This document shows, in pieces, positions 27,901 through 37,260 of a stretch of DNA of 64,000 bases. The notes below the pieces were generated by a model. The model saw only the letters and a program-made list of their open reading frames with translations, did no database searches and was not told where the DNA came from. The DNA comes from Bryobacteraceae bacterium (GTDB lineage Bacteria; Acidobacteriota; Terriglobia; Bryobacterales; Bryobacteraceae). Made by a program: the position numbers and the translations under genes. The stretch is taken from assembly GCA_031367405.1 (NCBI GenBank), contig JANLPT010000361.1, forward strand, positions 973-64,972. Direction: 5' to 3'. Within the stretch, counting starts at the first letter, position 1. The number at the start of each line of letters is the position of its first letter.

Positions 27901-28266
27901 ATCCCCGCTGCGATCGACCCCGGGGCCCTTGCCATACCAAATCCCCGCCACGCCATCCACCCTTGCCTCGCCCATGGTGCCCAGAATCTGCGACCCATAA
28001 ATCGCCGTCGCGCCCAGGTCCTCATTCACCGCCGGCCAATGGTGGATTTCATACTCGGCCAGCAGCGCCCGCTCTTTGCCCAGCGCTAAATCATAGCCCC
28101 CCAGCGGCGACCCCTCATAGCCCGAAATCAGCGCCGCCGTCTTCGATCCGGATAGACGGTCCAGCCGCATTTGATCCAGCGGCAAACGCACCAGCGCCTG
28201 AATGCCAGTGAGATACGCCTGGCCGGCGGTCCGCGTAAATTTGTCGCTCAGTTCCAACGAGCCCAT
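24904..28266 (-). CDS. Indolepyruvate:ferredoxin oxidoreductase family protein (fused alpha/beta)
   Basis: 1120 aa. The N-terminus DKFTRTAGQAYLTGIQALVRLPLDQ is typical. TPP-binding region and a Cys cluster CEGCGDCVAQSNC. Confidence 0.9.
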   Translation of the reverse strand: MGSLELSDKFTRTAGQAYLTGIQALVRLPLDQMRLDRLSGSKTAALISGYEGSPLGGYDLALGKERALLAEYEIHHWPAVNEDLGATAIYGSQILGTMGEARVDGVAGIWYGKGPGVDRSGDIFRHANLAGTSRLGCALVLAGDDHASKSSTIPHQSDFSLMNWAMPVLVPGNPQEVLDLGLAGLAMSRYSGAWVGLKLVTNVCDGGATIQLDLDRHAFVVPDDYQKKSETKMLAPWTIAAEREAFGPRLDAAKRFAAANGLNRMEGAGRAKLGIATAGKPYYDLLQALDDAGLTGQLEAVGIRIAKFGMTFPLETAFAREFAEGLETILVIEEKRAFLETQLRDALYDLPERPRVIGKLDAAGETLVPNYNELDPDMIATILERVLTQAGLAKRVTALRRPVVMGSPAPARMPNFCSGCPHNRSTLLLPGQVAGGGTGCHGMGILMPETGRGYEFSTQMGGEGVPWIGMAPFSKRDHIFQNLGDGTYFHSGSLAVQACVAAKVNITFKLLYNGHVAMTGGQAPAGVLAVPELTQKLAAEGVKKIVVLVEDVRAHDGARFAKGVEIRDRTDLERTLRELPQIAGVTVMIYDQECAAEKRRSRSRGKSVEPTRRLMINQEVCEGCGDCVAQSNCMSLQPVQTPLGEKMSIHQSSCNKDYTCALGDCPSFVMVEVKAGTGLPKRQLPKVTDLPAPRDMVKVGAGGYRILSPGIGGTGVITINALLATAAVLDGLEVSTLDQTGLAQRGGAVVSHLTLSHHAWRGAGRINTGNADLILGFDSLGAAAADNLKCADATRTAAVINTHVVPTSESIRQRWAMPGAQRNIDLVAQVTRRERNVYVDATRIAETLFGSHLAVNVFLLGVAWQAGLMPLTLGAIEESIRLNGVDAKRNLEALRWGRLYYRDAARVEAEVQPGLAAVASKVDYFARLTAYQNEAYAQRWRDFVEAQPAGMREVVGRYLYKLMAYKDEYEVARLLTAPEFLAGVEGTFSAPLWHGFILHPPILRAFGYAKKINLGPWATGPMRLMAKLKFLRGGAWDVFGYARHRREERETIVWYRGWVERCAQSWSAENETAVELLSLVDQIRGYGEIKSVSMARVKRLVEERYERFSSPSTGGSKEVA

Positions 28267-28326
28267 CGTATCAGCCTGCCGTATCAGCCCCTTCAGCGAT
28301 GCCCGCTCAGCGATACAATAACGGCG

Positions 28327-29595
28327 ATGGCTTTACCTCGCACCGTCCTCGTCAAACAACACTTTCCTGATCGCCGCATCGCGGACATTCCTGCTGAGGT
28401 TCAACGGCAATTGTCGGGCTCATCCTTAGGCACCAACTTGCCGCCGGGCGCGCGGGTGGCCATCGGCGTCGGCAGCCGGGGCATCTCAAACATTGCCACC
28501 ATCGTTCGCGCCGTCGTGGACTATTGGCAGTCGCGCGGCATGCGGCCCTTTATCTTCCCGGCCATGGGCAGCCACGGTGCCGCCACCGCCGAAGGCCAAG
28601 CCGCTGTCCTGGCCCACTATGGCATTCATGAAGCCAGTATGGGCGTGCCGGTGATTTCGAATTTGGGTGTCGTCAGCGCCGGCAAGACGGCTGACGGCAT
28701 TGAAGCCTTTATTGACCAGCAGGCTTTCGAGAGCGACGGTATCATGCTCATCGGCCGCGTCAAGTGGCACACCGACTTCGCCGGTGCCATCGAAAGCGGC
28801 CTCTTCAAAATGATGGCCATTGGCTTGGGTAAGTTCGCCGGGGCGCAAAACTATCACACGCACGCCTTCAATAAAGGCCTCGACCACGTCATCCGCGCCG
28901 TCGGCCGCCAAGTGCTCTCCTCCGGGCGCATCCTCGGTGGACTCGCCATTCTGGAAGACGCCAACCACCGAACCGCTAAACTCGAAGCCGTCTCTACCTC
29001 CGGCATGGAAAAGCGCGAAGAAGAGTTACTCGTGCTCGTCAAAAGTTGGATGGGGCACGTGCCCTGTCACCTCGACATCCTGATCCTCGACGAGATCGGC
29101 AAGAATATCTCGGGGGCCGGCATGGATACCAAAGTCGCCAACCGTTCGGTCCAAGGCGGTTACAATCCCTGGCCCAATACGCCGCATTTTCAGCGGATCT
29201 TCGTGCGGGACGTTTCCGACAACACTTATGGCAATGCGGTCGGCCTCGGCATGGCTGACGTCATCAACAGCCGCATGTTAGCCAAAATCGATTGGAAGCC
29301 CACGCGCATCAACTCGCTCACCGCCTCCACGCCCGCCGCCATCCGCACCCCCGTCCATTTCCCCACTGACCTCGAGTGTCTAGAAAGCATGATGCCGACG
29401 GTGGGCAAGCATGACCTCTCCGAGGTCACCATTGGGCGCATTCGCAATACTCTGGAATTGGGCTTAGTGGAGCTATCGGAGAACTTACTGCCGCTCATCG
29501 CGGGCCGCGCCGAAATCGAAGTCATCTCCCCACCACAAGCGATGGATCTGGACAGCGAAGGCAATTTCCGCTCCAAGCTTTCGCCCACTCACTAG
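28327..29595 (+). CDS. LarA-related (DUF2088 / lactate-racemase N-terminal-like) protein
   Basis: From ATG 28327. AMGSHGAATAEGQ and IGRVKWHTDFAGAIESGLFKMMAIGLGK parallel the LarA segments ATGFHR... and EGFIESHFFAGFSGGRKSVLPG. Confidence 0.55.
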   Translation: MALPRTVLVKQHFPDRRIADIPAEVQRQLSGSSLGTNLPPGARVAIGVGSRGISNIATIVRAVVDYWQSRGMRPFIFPAMGSHGAATAEGQAAVLAHYGIHEASMGVPVISNLGVVSAGKTADGIEAFIDQQAFESDGIMLIGRVKWHTDFAGAIESGLFKMMAIGLGKFAGAQNYHTHAFNKGLDHVIRAVGRQVLSSGRILGGLAILEDANHRTAKLEAVSTSGMEKREEELLVLVKSWMGHVPCHLDILILDEIGKNISGAGMDTKVANRSVQGGYNPWPNTPHFQRIFVRDVSDNTYGNAVGLGMADVINSRMLAKIDWKPTRINSLTASTPAAIRTPVHFPTDLECLESMMPTVGKHDLSEVTIGRIRNTLELGLVELSENLLPLIAGRAEIEVISPPQAMDLDSEGNFRSKLSPTH

Positions 29596-29690
29596 TACTA
29601 TGTTCTTACGGCAAGTCTGTGAGCCTTCGGTCCGCAGTATGGCTCGAGCATAACTTATGTTTCGTAATCAGCTGATCGAACCGCTAGCCC

Positions 29691-30542
29691 TTAAGGCTGC
29701 CGCACTGTCCGGAAGCCAATCATCCGCCACGCCTGTAACGAAGGCCATCCGCCCGAACGGGCATAGCTTCGTGCATCCTGCGGCTCAAAGAAAAAGCTGC
29801 CCCCGCGTAACACCCGGTAAGCGCCCTTCTCCGGGCCCTGCGGATTCTTCTTCGCTGACTCAGCATAGTAACCCCGGCTGTACCAATCCTGGCACCACTC
29901 CATCACATTGCCGGCCATGTCCATCGCTCCGTACGGCGATGCGCCGCTGTGCGTTTGTAAGTCGCCGCGCTTGCTGCCATCGTAGTAACCCACGCTTTGC
30001 GCCGTTTCGAAAGCAGCCGAATGCGTGAAGCTCGCGTAACTCAGGTCAATGTCGTTGCCCCACGGGAAGCGGCGTTGGTCAGTGCCGCGCGCCGCCTTCT
30101 CCCACTCCGCTTCCGTGGGCAAACGATACTTTTTGCCGGTCTTCCGGCTTAGCCAATGGCAGTAAGCTGTCGCCGCATCCCAATTCACCCCCAGCACGGG
30201 GTAAGTGTCGCTGCCCGCCGTGCCGCCGCCATGGTTATTGGCTTGCGTCCAATAAGGGCTCTGATCTTTCGGAACTACGCGATTGCCGGGCCACAGCTTC
30301 GCATCGTCATAAGCCGCGTCGTCACGGAACTTACGCCAATCGGCATTCGTTACTTCGAATTTCCCGATGTAATAGGCGTCTAACGTCACGGCATGCACGG
30401 GCCGCTCCCGGCTTTCGCCATCGCCGAAGTTATCGCCCATTTTAAATGCGCCGGCCGGTACATAAACTAAGTCACCGTAGCCGTCGTTGACGGTTTGATC
30501 TGCCGCCATCAGGCTGCTCGCCAGAAGAACGAAGGCGATCAC
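29691..30542 (-). CDS. Formylglycine-generating-enzyme (SUMF1/FGE-sulfatase) family protein
   Basis: YYIGKFEVTNADW, GVNWDAATAYCHWL, YRLPTEAEWEKAARG and RVLRGGSF are classic FGE-domain motifs. Signal peptide present. Confidence 0.9.
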   Translation of the reverse strand: MIAFVLLASSLMAADQTVNDGYGDLVYVPAGAFKMGDNFGDGESRERPVHAVTLDAYYIGKFEVTNADWRKFRDDAAYDDAKLWPGNRVVPKDQSPYWTQANNHGGGTAGSDTYPVLGVNWDAATAYCHWLSRKTGKKYRLPTEAEWEKAARGTDQRRFPWGNDIDLSYASFTHSAAFETAQSVGYYDGSKRGDLQTHSGASPYGAMDMAGNVMEWCQDWYSRGYYAESAKKNPQGPEKGAYRVLRGGSFFFEPQDARSYARSGGWPSLQAWRMIGFRTVRQP

Positions 30543-31346
30543 TTACTTGGTGCTCCCAAAGAATCCGCCCAATTGAAGAAAGTGCTTCAGCTGGTCCATC
30601 CAAGGGGCAAACTCCGGGCTGGTGGCTGCGGCGCCAAAGCCATGCCGGCCCTTCTGATAAATATGTAACTCGGCCACGCCGCCCGCTTTATTGATGTCGA
30701 GAAATAACTGTGCCGAGCCATTGGCCGCGCCGCGATCTGCCGCCGCCGACAGCAGAAACGTGGGCGGAAAGTCTTTCAGGTTCTCGTTGGGCAATGGCCG
30801 GCCCGGCCCGTAAACCATCAGCAGATGGTTGGCCTTTGACGGCAGCCGCTCGACGGGGTCGGCCGCTTGCGGATCGCCCAAGCTCGCCGACGCCGTCACT
30901 AAGCGCGCCATGCTTGAGCCGGCCGAGAAACCGGCGAAGAGAATCCGGGCCGGGTCCAGCTTAAACTCCGCCGCCCGCGATCGCACCAGCCGCAGGGCCC
31001 GGTTGCCGTCCAGCGCGCGCGCTTTGTCGTCATAGCGCGGCGATAGGCGGTAGGTGAGCACGAACGCCGTCGTGCCCCAATCGTTAAAGCGCTCGGCGAC
31101 CTCCAACCCTTCCACGCCGTACATCAGCATGATGTTCGAGCCGCCCGGCGCGATGATCACTGCCGAGCCATTGCGCTTGTTCGCGGGCGGCGCGAAGACG
31201 GTCAGAAACGGCCCGTCCAGCGGCCCGTCGCCCACCGCCAGCGGCACCTTGCCGGGCTCCCATAGATGAATATTGAAATTCGCTTCGTCGGCCCAGAGGG
31301 CCCCGGCCAGCAGGAGCGTGGCGGCCCCTTTCAGTAAATGCGTCAT
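30543..31346 (-). CDS. Secreted alpha/beta hydrolase (esterase/lipase-like)
   Basis: Signal peptide, nucleophile elbow GFSAGS, late His (GRHGF). Directly abuts the downstream gene. Confidence 0.8.
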   Translation of the reverse strand: MTHLLKGAATLLLAGALWADEANFNIHLWEPGKVPLAVGDGPLDGPFLTVFAPPANKRNGSAVIIAPGGSNIMLMYGVEGLEVAERFNDWGTTAFVLTYRLSPRYDDKARALDGNRALRLVRSRAAEFKLDPARILFAGFSAGSSMARLVTASASLGDPQAADPVERLPSKANHLLMVYGPGRPLPNENLKDFPPTFLLSAAADRGAANGSAQLFLDINKAGGVAELHIYQKGRHGFGAAATSPEFAPWMDQLKHFLQLGGFFGSTK

Positions 31347-31359
31347 CGCCTGGAGTCTA

Positions 31360-32064
31360 TCACTTGATGCGGGCGTAATAGGCTTCAGTCAACTCGATCA
31401 GGTTGCGCTCTTTGCGGCCGGCCTTCAGCCCGCGCAGCACGCCTTCGCGATCGGCCGGCTGCCGTTCATGCCCCAGCTTGAACTTCGCCTCCACCTGCTC
31501 AATCTTCATCTCGTAAGGCACAATGCCTTGCCGCATGCCCTTCAGATAGGCGTCGGTAAGTTTATTGAAGTCCCACGCCGTGCCACCGCCATAGCGGCTT
31601 TCGTTCTGCGCCACCAGCCGCTTCAGGTTGCGGGCGAAGGCCTCATCGCCGGTGATGCGCTGCGGACGTCCGGTGGCATGGACGACGGCGAAGTTCCAGG
31701 TAGGCACGGAGTTCGTGCCGCCATACCAGTTCGGCGAAATGTAGCCATGCGGCCCGTGAAACACCACCGTGCATTCGGTGCTGCCATCGAAGGCCTCATT
31801 CTGCGCGTTGCCCTTGGCGATATGCCACCACAGCTTGCCCCAACCGTTCTCGTTACGGTCAAGCAGCGTGGGGACATTGGTCACGTGGACCCCGCCCTTG
31901 GCCGTGATCAACATGCCAAAGCTGTACTCGTCAATAAACTCGACGATGAATTTCCGGTCTGTCTCCAGCTGTTTCTGGGGAATATAAATAGTTTCTTCCG
32001 CGTCTGACTTGGCGGCGGCAGCGAGAAAGGGCATGGCCAGCAGAAGATCGCGGCGTTTGGACAT
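31360..32064 (-). CDS. PaiB-family FMN-binding protein with N-terminal Tat-like signal
   Basis: The PaiB core starts at IYIPQKQ.. (FGMLIT..., GYISPNWY, PTWNFAVVHATG, KFKLGHE). It is preceded by MSKRRDLLLAMPFLAAAAKS. Confidence 0.8.
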   Translation of the reverse strand: MSKRRDLLLAMPFLAAAAKSDAEETIYIPQKQLETDRKFIVEFIDEYSFGMLITAKGGVHVTNVPTLLDRNENGWGKLWWHIAKGNAQNEAFDGSTECTVVFHGPHGYISPNWYGGTNSVPTWNFAVVHATGRPQRITGDEAFARNLKRLVAQNESRYGGGTAWDFNKLTDAYLKGMRQGIVPYEMKIEQVEAKFKLGHERQPADREGVLRGLKAGRKERNLIELTEAYYARIK

Positions 32065-32093
32065 GCCCCTATCTTACTTGCTACCGGGAGCGC

Positions 32094-32882
32094 TTACTGG
32101 GCGGCGCTGAACTCGACGCTCGTCACCACCCCCGGGTCGGCGCGTACCGCCACCAACTGTTTGGCGTTGATCTCCACAAAGCGATAAGTCGATGTGGCAT
32201 AAGCCGTGACGGTGGTAATGTCGCCATCGGCGTTCTGCGAAGAAGTTTGCGACGGCGCTTGCAGTTGCAATGTGCCCGCACCATCGACGCCCGCCGTGTA
32301 AGTCCCGGCGATCTCATATTGCGCTTCCGGCCCGAAGTTCTTGCGAGTGGCCCGCCCGTGCGCCTGGCCGCCATCGAAATTCAAAGTAGTGAGCGAAACA
32401 AAGCTTTGGCCGGCGCTTTCCACGCTTGATTCATTGAGGATAAATTGCCCTTTCAGCGGCGTGTTGGCCGGCGCAATTGCGATCATTTGCGCGTCGGAGA
32501 CCACGCCCACGTCGGTGCGTATCGCATGCATGGCGTCACCGCTCCCCACGATTCGGTAGTTCATTGCCACCGGTACAGCGTCGCCGCCGGCATTCGCCGT
32601 CGAGTAAGTCAAGGCCAGGCTATTGTCTGCGCCGCGATAAGTGCCGTCGAGCGCCAAGTCTGCCGCCCCGGCTGAGCCCCGCAGAAACTCGCTGCCGCTG
32701 GCATGGCCTTGGGCATCGATACTGATCGTGCCGAGGGCCACAAACTCCTGCCCCGTGGAGAGTACGCCTCGTTCGACCAAAGCGAATTTTCCTTTTAAGG
32801 CCGATTGGGCGAAGAGCGAAGAAGTCGCGAGTGCCAGCGTCGTAAGTGCGAAAAGCGATTTGATGGTCATCATAAAGTTCAA
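32094..32882 (-). CDS. Secreted hypothetical protein with internal duplication
   Basis: Signal peptide, then two modules of about 110 aa each beginning LKG(K/Q)F.L.E......GQ.FV.L.T and ending ..R.D.GVV. Confidence 0.7.
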   Translation of the reverse strand: MNFMMTIKSLFALTTLALATSSLFAQSALKGKFALVERGVLSTGQEFVALGTISIDAQGHASGSEFLRGSAGAADLALDGTYRGADNSLALTYSTANAGGDAVPVAMNYRIVGSGDAMHAIRTDVGVVSDAQMIAIAPANTPLKGQFILNESSVESAGQSFVSLTTLNFDGGQAHGRATRKNFGPEAQYEIAGTYTAGVDGAGTLQLQAPSQTSSQNADGDITTVTAYATSTYRFVEINAKQLVAVRADPGVVTSVEFSAAQ

Positions 32883-33047
32883 TTCCTCTAGTTGTTATTC
32901 TCATCAGGCCTTGGCCTGGATAGAAGGACGAACCCTTACGTCCGCGGCAAAGTCGCGTTAAGTTATCTGGAGAAATGTAAAGGCCAAGCGATGCCGCGAT
33001 TGTGTAATTTAACAATTGATGATGACTGCTGATGATGAACTCACACT

Positions 33048-34493
33048 TTAGGCTACCGGTTTGGCCACTGAGATCGCGGCAGCGGAAACTGGAGTGGAAA
33101 CGGGATTGGGAGAAACCTGAGCGCTCAACCGCGCTAAGCCGGCATTGGACTCAATCAGTGCCTGCAGACAATCCGCATCGATGGCGTGCGGGGCGTCGCG
33201 GCGCATGATGGCGAAGACGTGGTCAACGGGCAATGCGTCGCGGTAAGGGCGTTGCGCGGACAAGGCATCGAAGATGTCGGCGACCACCAGGATGCGCGCC
33301 GGAAGCGACAGTTGCGCCGCTTTCATGTTCCGGAAATAGCCACTACCATCGAGCTTCTCGTGATGCGAGGCGGCAATCTCCGCTTGCCGTTGAAACCCCG
33401 GGATGCGCTGCAAGACATCGAGCGAATAGGCAGGATGCCGCCGGACGATTTCCCACTCCTCAGGGGTGAGTTTATCCGGCTTTTCGAGAATCGCGTTCGA
33501 GACGCTCAGCTTGCCAACATCGTGCAACAAAGCGGCTTGACGCAGCTCACGCAAAGCGTCGCCATTGAGGCCCAGCCGCTGCCCGATGGCCTGGGCTGCG
33601 GCCGCCACCCCCAGCGAATGACGATAAGTAAAAGGACTCTTCGCGTCAACAATATCGGCAAATGTCAGGCAAATGTCGTCCAGCACCTGCGCGCCCAGCA
33701 GACGCCGATCGCGCTGCGGGTCGAGCGCCGCCACCCAGTCACCCGAGAGATTCAGCTGGTGGAAGAGTTCACCGCGATCATTCAGCGCCACAGCGGCGCG
33801 CACGAGATTTGGGTCGAACCAGCGGCCACTGCGTTCACGGGCCATGGCCATGGCGGCGGCGACCGTGCGTTTCGTGAAGAAGATTTCGAGGTTCTGCGCC
33901 AGATTGAGAATGCGGGCCATCAGCGGGATGGCTTCGCCTCGCAAACGGTCCGGATAGCCGAGGCCATTCCAGTGCTCATCCAAGGCGTAAATCGCCTGGG
34001 CCGTGGTGTCGGTGAGTCCCAGACGCCGGGCGATACCGGCCCCCCGTTCGCAGCGGATCTGGATCATGGCGTGGGCATTCGGCTGGCTGTTCTTCGCCAA
34101 CTGGAAGAGGCCGCGAACGCGTTCGAGGAAAGGTGCGCCCTTGTTAACATGGGTCAGGGCGTAGCGCAAAGTCTCCCAGCCAACCTTCGTCCAATCGGTT
34201 GTTTTCACATCGCGCTTGGCCGCGATCTCGTCGCCGCCCATGATCTGGTACATCCGTGAAGCGTTGCTGCTACAGCCAGCGTCCTTCAGCAACAGAGCGT
34301 AGTAGAGGTCGGCGCGCCCTGCTTCGTCGAGGCCGATTTCTCGCGCGATGCGCATCCCCAGCACGCAGGTACGAGCCGCATGACCGGTCGGCTGGCCTTC
34401 ACTCGTCAGGTCAAGGGCGTAGGAAAGCGCTGCAATGACATCGCCCACGCGAGGCGGCCTTTGGCTACCTTCCGGTCCAATTTTCTCCCTCAC
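33048..34493 (-). CDS. HD-GYP domain phosphodiesterase-like protein
   Basis: C-terminal LLHDVGKL......HHEKLDGSGYFRN (an HD-GYP variant, GYF). A second, degenerate HD-like domain lies N-terminally (LLKDAGCS). Confidence 0.85.
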   Translation of the reverse strand: MREKIGPEGSQRPPRVGDVIAALSYALDLTSEGQPTGHAARTCVLGMRIAREIGLDEAGRADLYYALLLKDAGCSSNASRMYQIMGGDEIAAKRDVKTTDWTKVGWETLRYALTHVNKGAPFLERVRGLFQLAKNSQPNAHAMIQIRCERGAGIARRLGLTDTTAQAIYALDEHWNGLGYPDRLRGEAIPLMARILNLAQNLEIFFTKRTVAAAMAMARERSGRWFDPNLVRAAVALNDRGELFHQLNLSGDWVAALDPQRDRRLLGAQVLDDICLTFADIVDAKSPFTYRHSLGVAAAAQAIGQRLGLNGDALRELRQAALLHDVGKLSVSNAILEKPDKLTPEEWEIVRRHPAYSLDVLQRIPGFQRQAEIAASHHEKLDGSGYFRNMKAAQLSLPARILVVADIFDALSAQRPYRDALPVDHVFAIMRRDAPHAIDADCLQALIESNAGLARLSAQVSPNPVSTPVSAAAISVAKPVA

Positions 34494-34653
34494 TCTGAGG
34501 TTATCGGCTGATTCGGGCTGAACCTGAAGGCACTGATCCCAAAGATGCGTCGCCCGCCACGAAAACTGCCGATTCTTTCTTACCCGCCTCAGCGGACCAT
34601 CATTGGTTTCAACCAGATAGACTTTGGCCCGTTACATGCTTAGCTAAGCTCCT

Positions 34654-35442
34654 GTGAAAGAAGCCGCTCTTCCTGACAGTCCTCTGAAACCAGTCCTGGC
34701 GATGGTGGAATGGTTTGGCGAACTGGGGCAGTTCTGCATGCGCGTCTTCCAAGCCGCGATCACCCCCCCTTACGAGTTCCGCGAACTGCTGCGGCAATGC
34801 GACAGCATCGGCTCGAAGTCATTGCCACTCGTCGCCTTAGCCGGGGCGGCCATTGGCGTCGTCCTTTCGCTGCAAACGCGCGATAGCCTCGTGCGGTTCG
34901 GTGCCAAATCCTTCCTGCCTGCGGTGGTAATCTTCTCCATCATCAAGGAAAGCGGCCCCATCATTACGGGTTTGGTCGCCAGTGGGCGCGTGGGCGCGGG
35001 CATCGGCGCTGAACTTGGAGCCATGAAAGTCACCGAGCAGATCGACGCGATGGAAGCTTCCGCTGTTGACCCGCACCGTTACCTCGCCGGCACCCGCGTC
35101 GTGGCCTGCATTCTGATGATGCCGCTGCTCACCGTTGTCGCCGATTTCAGCGGCATTGTGATGGGCTGGCTCTTCGCCAATCTCGCCGAACCCATTTCGC
35201 TGCGGCTCTTTCTCGAAACCGGATTGAAGGGCGTCCGCTTTAGCGACTATGTGCCGCCGGTGATGAAGACCATGGTCTTCGGCTTGATCATCGGCTTGAT
35301 TTCTTCTTTCGAAGGAATGCGCACCCACGGCGGCACCGCTGGCGTGGGCCAATCGACCACCAGCGCCGTGGTGCTGTCCTCGCTTTTCGTCATTCTGGCG
35401 GACGTCGTCTTGGTGCGGGCGATTCAGGTGATCTATGGCTGA
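34654..35442 (+). CDS. mlaE: MlaE-family ABC transporter permease (GTG start)
   Basis: 262 aa with the typical MlaE topology and sequence (SLPLVALAGAAIGVVLSLQ..., MKVTEQIDAMEA). It overlaps the mlaF start. Confidence 0.9.
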   Translation: MKEAALPDSPLKPVLAMVEWFGELGQFCMRVFQAAITPPYEFRELLRQCDSIGSKSLPLVALAGAAIGVVLSLQTRDSLVRFGAKSFLPAVVIFSIIKESGPIITGLVASGRVGAGIGAELGAMKVTEQIDAMEASAVDPHRYLAGTRVVACILMMPLLTVVADFSGIVMGWLFANLAEPISLRLFLETGLKGVRFSDYVPPVMKTMVFGLIIGLISSFEGMRTHGGTAGVGQSTTSAVVLSSLFVILADVVLVRAIQVIYG

Positions 35443-36184
35443 AACCGCCGCGCTGCCGCCGATTTTTATTGAAGGGGTAAAAAAGTCGTTTGGCCAACAG
35501 GTGGTTCTGGACGGAGTGACGTTCCGCGTAGCCAAGGGCGAGACCCTGGCGGTGCTGGGCCGCAGTGGCTCAGGCAAAAGCGTACTGCTGCGGTTGATGA
35601 TCGGTTTGCAGAAGCCGGACGCGGGCTCCGTTCGCATCGACGGCCAGGAGATCGCCACGCTCGACTCTGATTCCCTTGTGGCGATTCGCAAAAAGATGGG
35701 CTTCCTTTTCCAGCAATCCGCGCTCTATGACTCGCTCACGGTGGGCGAAAACGTCGCCTTCCCGCTGGCCCGCCACACTCAACTTTCCGCCGCCGATTGC
35801 ACCCTTAAGGCGCGTGATCTCTTGAAATCCGTGGGCATGGAAAACGAGCTGGACAAGTTGCCATCCGACATCTCCGGCGGCATGCAGAAGCGCGTGGGCC
35901 TGGCCCGCGCCCTCGCGCTTGACCCCGAAATTCTCCTTTGCGACGAGCCCACCGCCGGGCTTGACCCCATCACCGCTTCCGAAATCGGCCGGCTCATCGT
36001 CGACATGCAGAAACAGCGCCAAGTTACCACCATCGTCGTCACCCACGATCTGCGCGGCGCCAAACTCTTCGCCAACCGCCTGATGCTGATCAACGACGGC
36101 AAAACCGTCGCCGAAGGCGACTATGCCAGCTTCGAAAATAATCCCGATCCCTTTGTCTCACGCTTCTTCGAGGAGGCTAAATAA
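35435..36184 (+). CDS. mlaF: MlaF-type ABC transporter ATP-binding protein
   Basis: Walker A GRSGSGKS, signature SGGMQKRVGLARA, Walker B ILLCDEP. Confidence 0.92.
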   Translation: MAETAALPPIFIEGVKKSFGQQVVLDGVTFRVAKGETLAVLGRSGSGKSVLLRLMIGLQKPDAGSVRIDGQEIATLDSDSLVAIRKKMGFLFQQSALYDSLTVGENVAFPLARHTQLSAADCTLKARDLLKSVGMENELDKLPSDISGGMQKRVGLARALALDPEILLCDEPTAGLDPITASEIGRLIVDMQKQRQVTTIVVTHDLRGAKLFANRLMLINDGKTVAEGDYASFENNPDPFVSRFFEEAK

Positions 36185-36186
36185 TT

Positions 36187-37260
36187 ATGAGCCGCAACCT
36201 CCGTCTCGGGCTCTTCATCATCCTGGCGCTGGCCTTATTCTCGGTCGGCATCTTTTGGATTGGTAAGAAACAGTTCCTCTTCCGTTCCACCTACCAGCTC
36301 TCCGCCGATTTCCCCAACGTCGCCGGGCTCATCGTCGGTTCCGTGGTCCGTGTCGGCGGCACCCAGCAAGGCACCGTCACCCACATCAATCTGCCCCCGC
36401 GTCCCGATCAAAATGTCCACGTGGTCATGGACCTTACCGATGGCACTCGCCAAGTGGTCCGCCACGATTCCACGGCGTCCATCAGTTCCGAGGGCTTGGT
36501 GGGCGACAAATATGTCGAAGTCTCGTTTGGCTCCCCCGACTCGCCACCAGTAAAAGACGGCGAGCGCATCAAAGCTCTGCCTCCGCTCCAAATCTCTGAC
36601 CTCATCGAGAAGACGAACGGTGTCCTCGACACCGCCAGGAATTCTATGGACCATGTTGAGACCATGGCCGAGAACCTGAAGCTCATCACCGGCAAGATCA
36701 ACGATGGTAAAGGTACGGCCGGCGCGCTAATCAATGACAAGAGTCTCTACAGCAACATGAACGCCGGCGTCAACGCCATGCAGGAAGATATGCAGGCTCT
36801 AAAGAAAAACTTCCTGCTGCGCGGCTTTTTTAAGGACCGCGGCTATGAGGATTCTACCGAACTCACCAAGAATCAAATCGCCCAACTTCCCTCGCAGCCG
36901 CCGATGATGAAATTCGTTTACGACGGGGAAGAGCTTTTTGACAAGCCGGCCACGGCAAAACTGAAGAAAGAGAAGTTACTCACTGAAGCCGGACGTTACC
37001 TCGAAAAGACACCCTTCAGCCTTGCCGTCATCGCCGCAGACACCGACATGAAGGGCGAAAGCGATAAAGACCGCATACTCACCCAGGCTCGCGCTACGGT
37101 AGCCCGCGCCTATCTGGCACGTAATTTTCGTATTGACGATAAGCGTTTGAAGACCATCGGATTGGGCAAGTCCAGCGAGGTAAGCAGCACCAGCCGCCTG
37201 CAGATTCTCGTCTTTGCGATCACCTCCGCCAAGCCGCCTGCGCTCGAGAAGCCTCGCTAA
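36187..37260 (+). CDS. mlaD: MCE/MlaD-family substrate-binding protein with extended C-terminus
   Basis: N-terminal TM plus MCE domain (FPNVAGLIVGSVVRVGGTQQGTV). The C-terminal part carries a long helical region and an OmpA-like tail fragment. Confidence 0.85.
   Translation: MSRNLRLGLFIILALALFSVGIFWIGKKQFLFRSTYQLSADFPNVAGLIVGSVVRVGGTQQGTVTHINLPPRPDQNVHVVMDLTDGTRQVVRHDSTASISSEGLVGDKYVEVSFGSPDSPPVKDGERIKALPPLQISDLIEKTNGVLDTARNSMDHVETMAENLKLITGKINDGKGTAGALINDKSLYSNMNAGVNAMQEDMQALKKNFLLRGFFKDRGYEDSTELTKNQIAQLPSQPPMMKFVYDGEELFDKPATAKLKKEKLLTEAGRYLEKTPFSLAVIAADTDMKGESDKDRILTQARATVARAYLARNFRIDDKRLKTIGLGKSSEVSSTSRLQILVFAITSAKPPALEKPR

Noticed and set aside
29626-29646. UUCG-type hairpin between convergent genes as a terminator
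   Set aside because: The stem contains a mismatch and no T-tract follows on either strand.
33186-34259. 357-aa plus-strand ORF
   Set aside because: It is antisense to the HD-GYP gene, which has canonical motifs.
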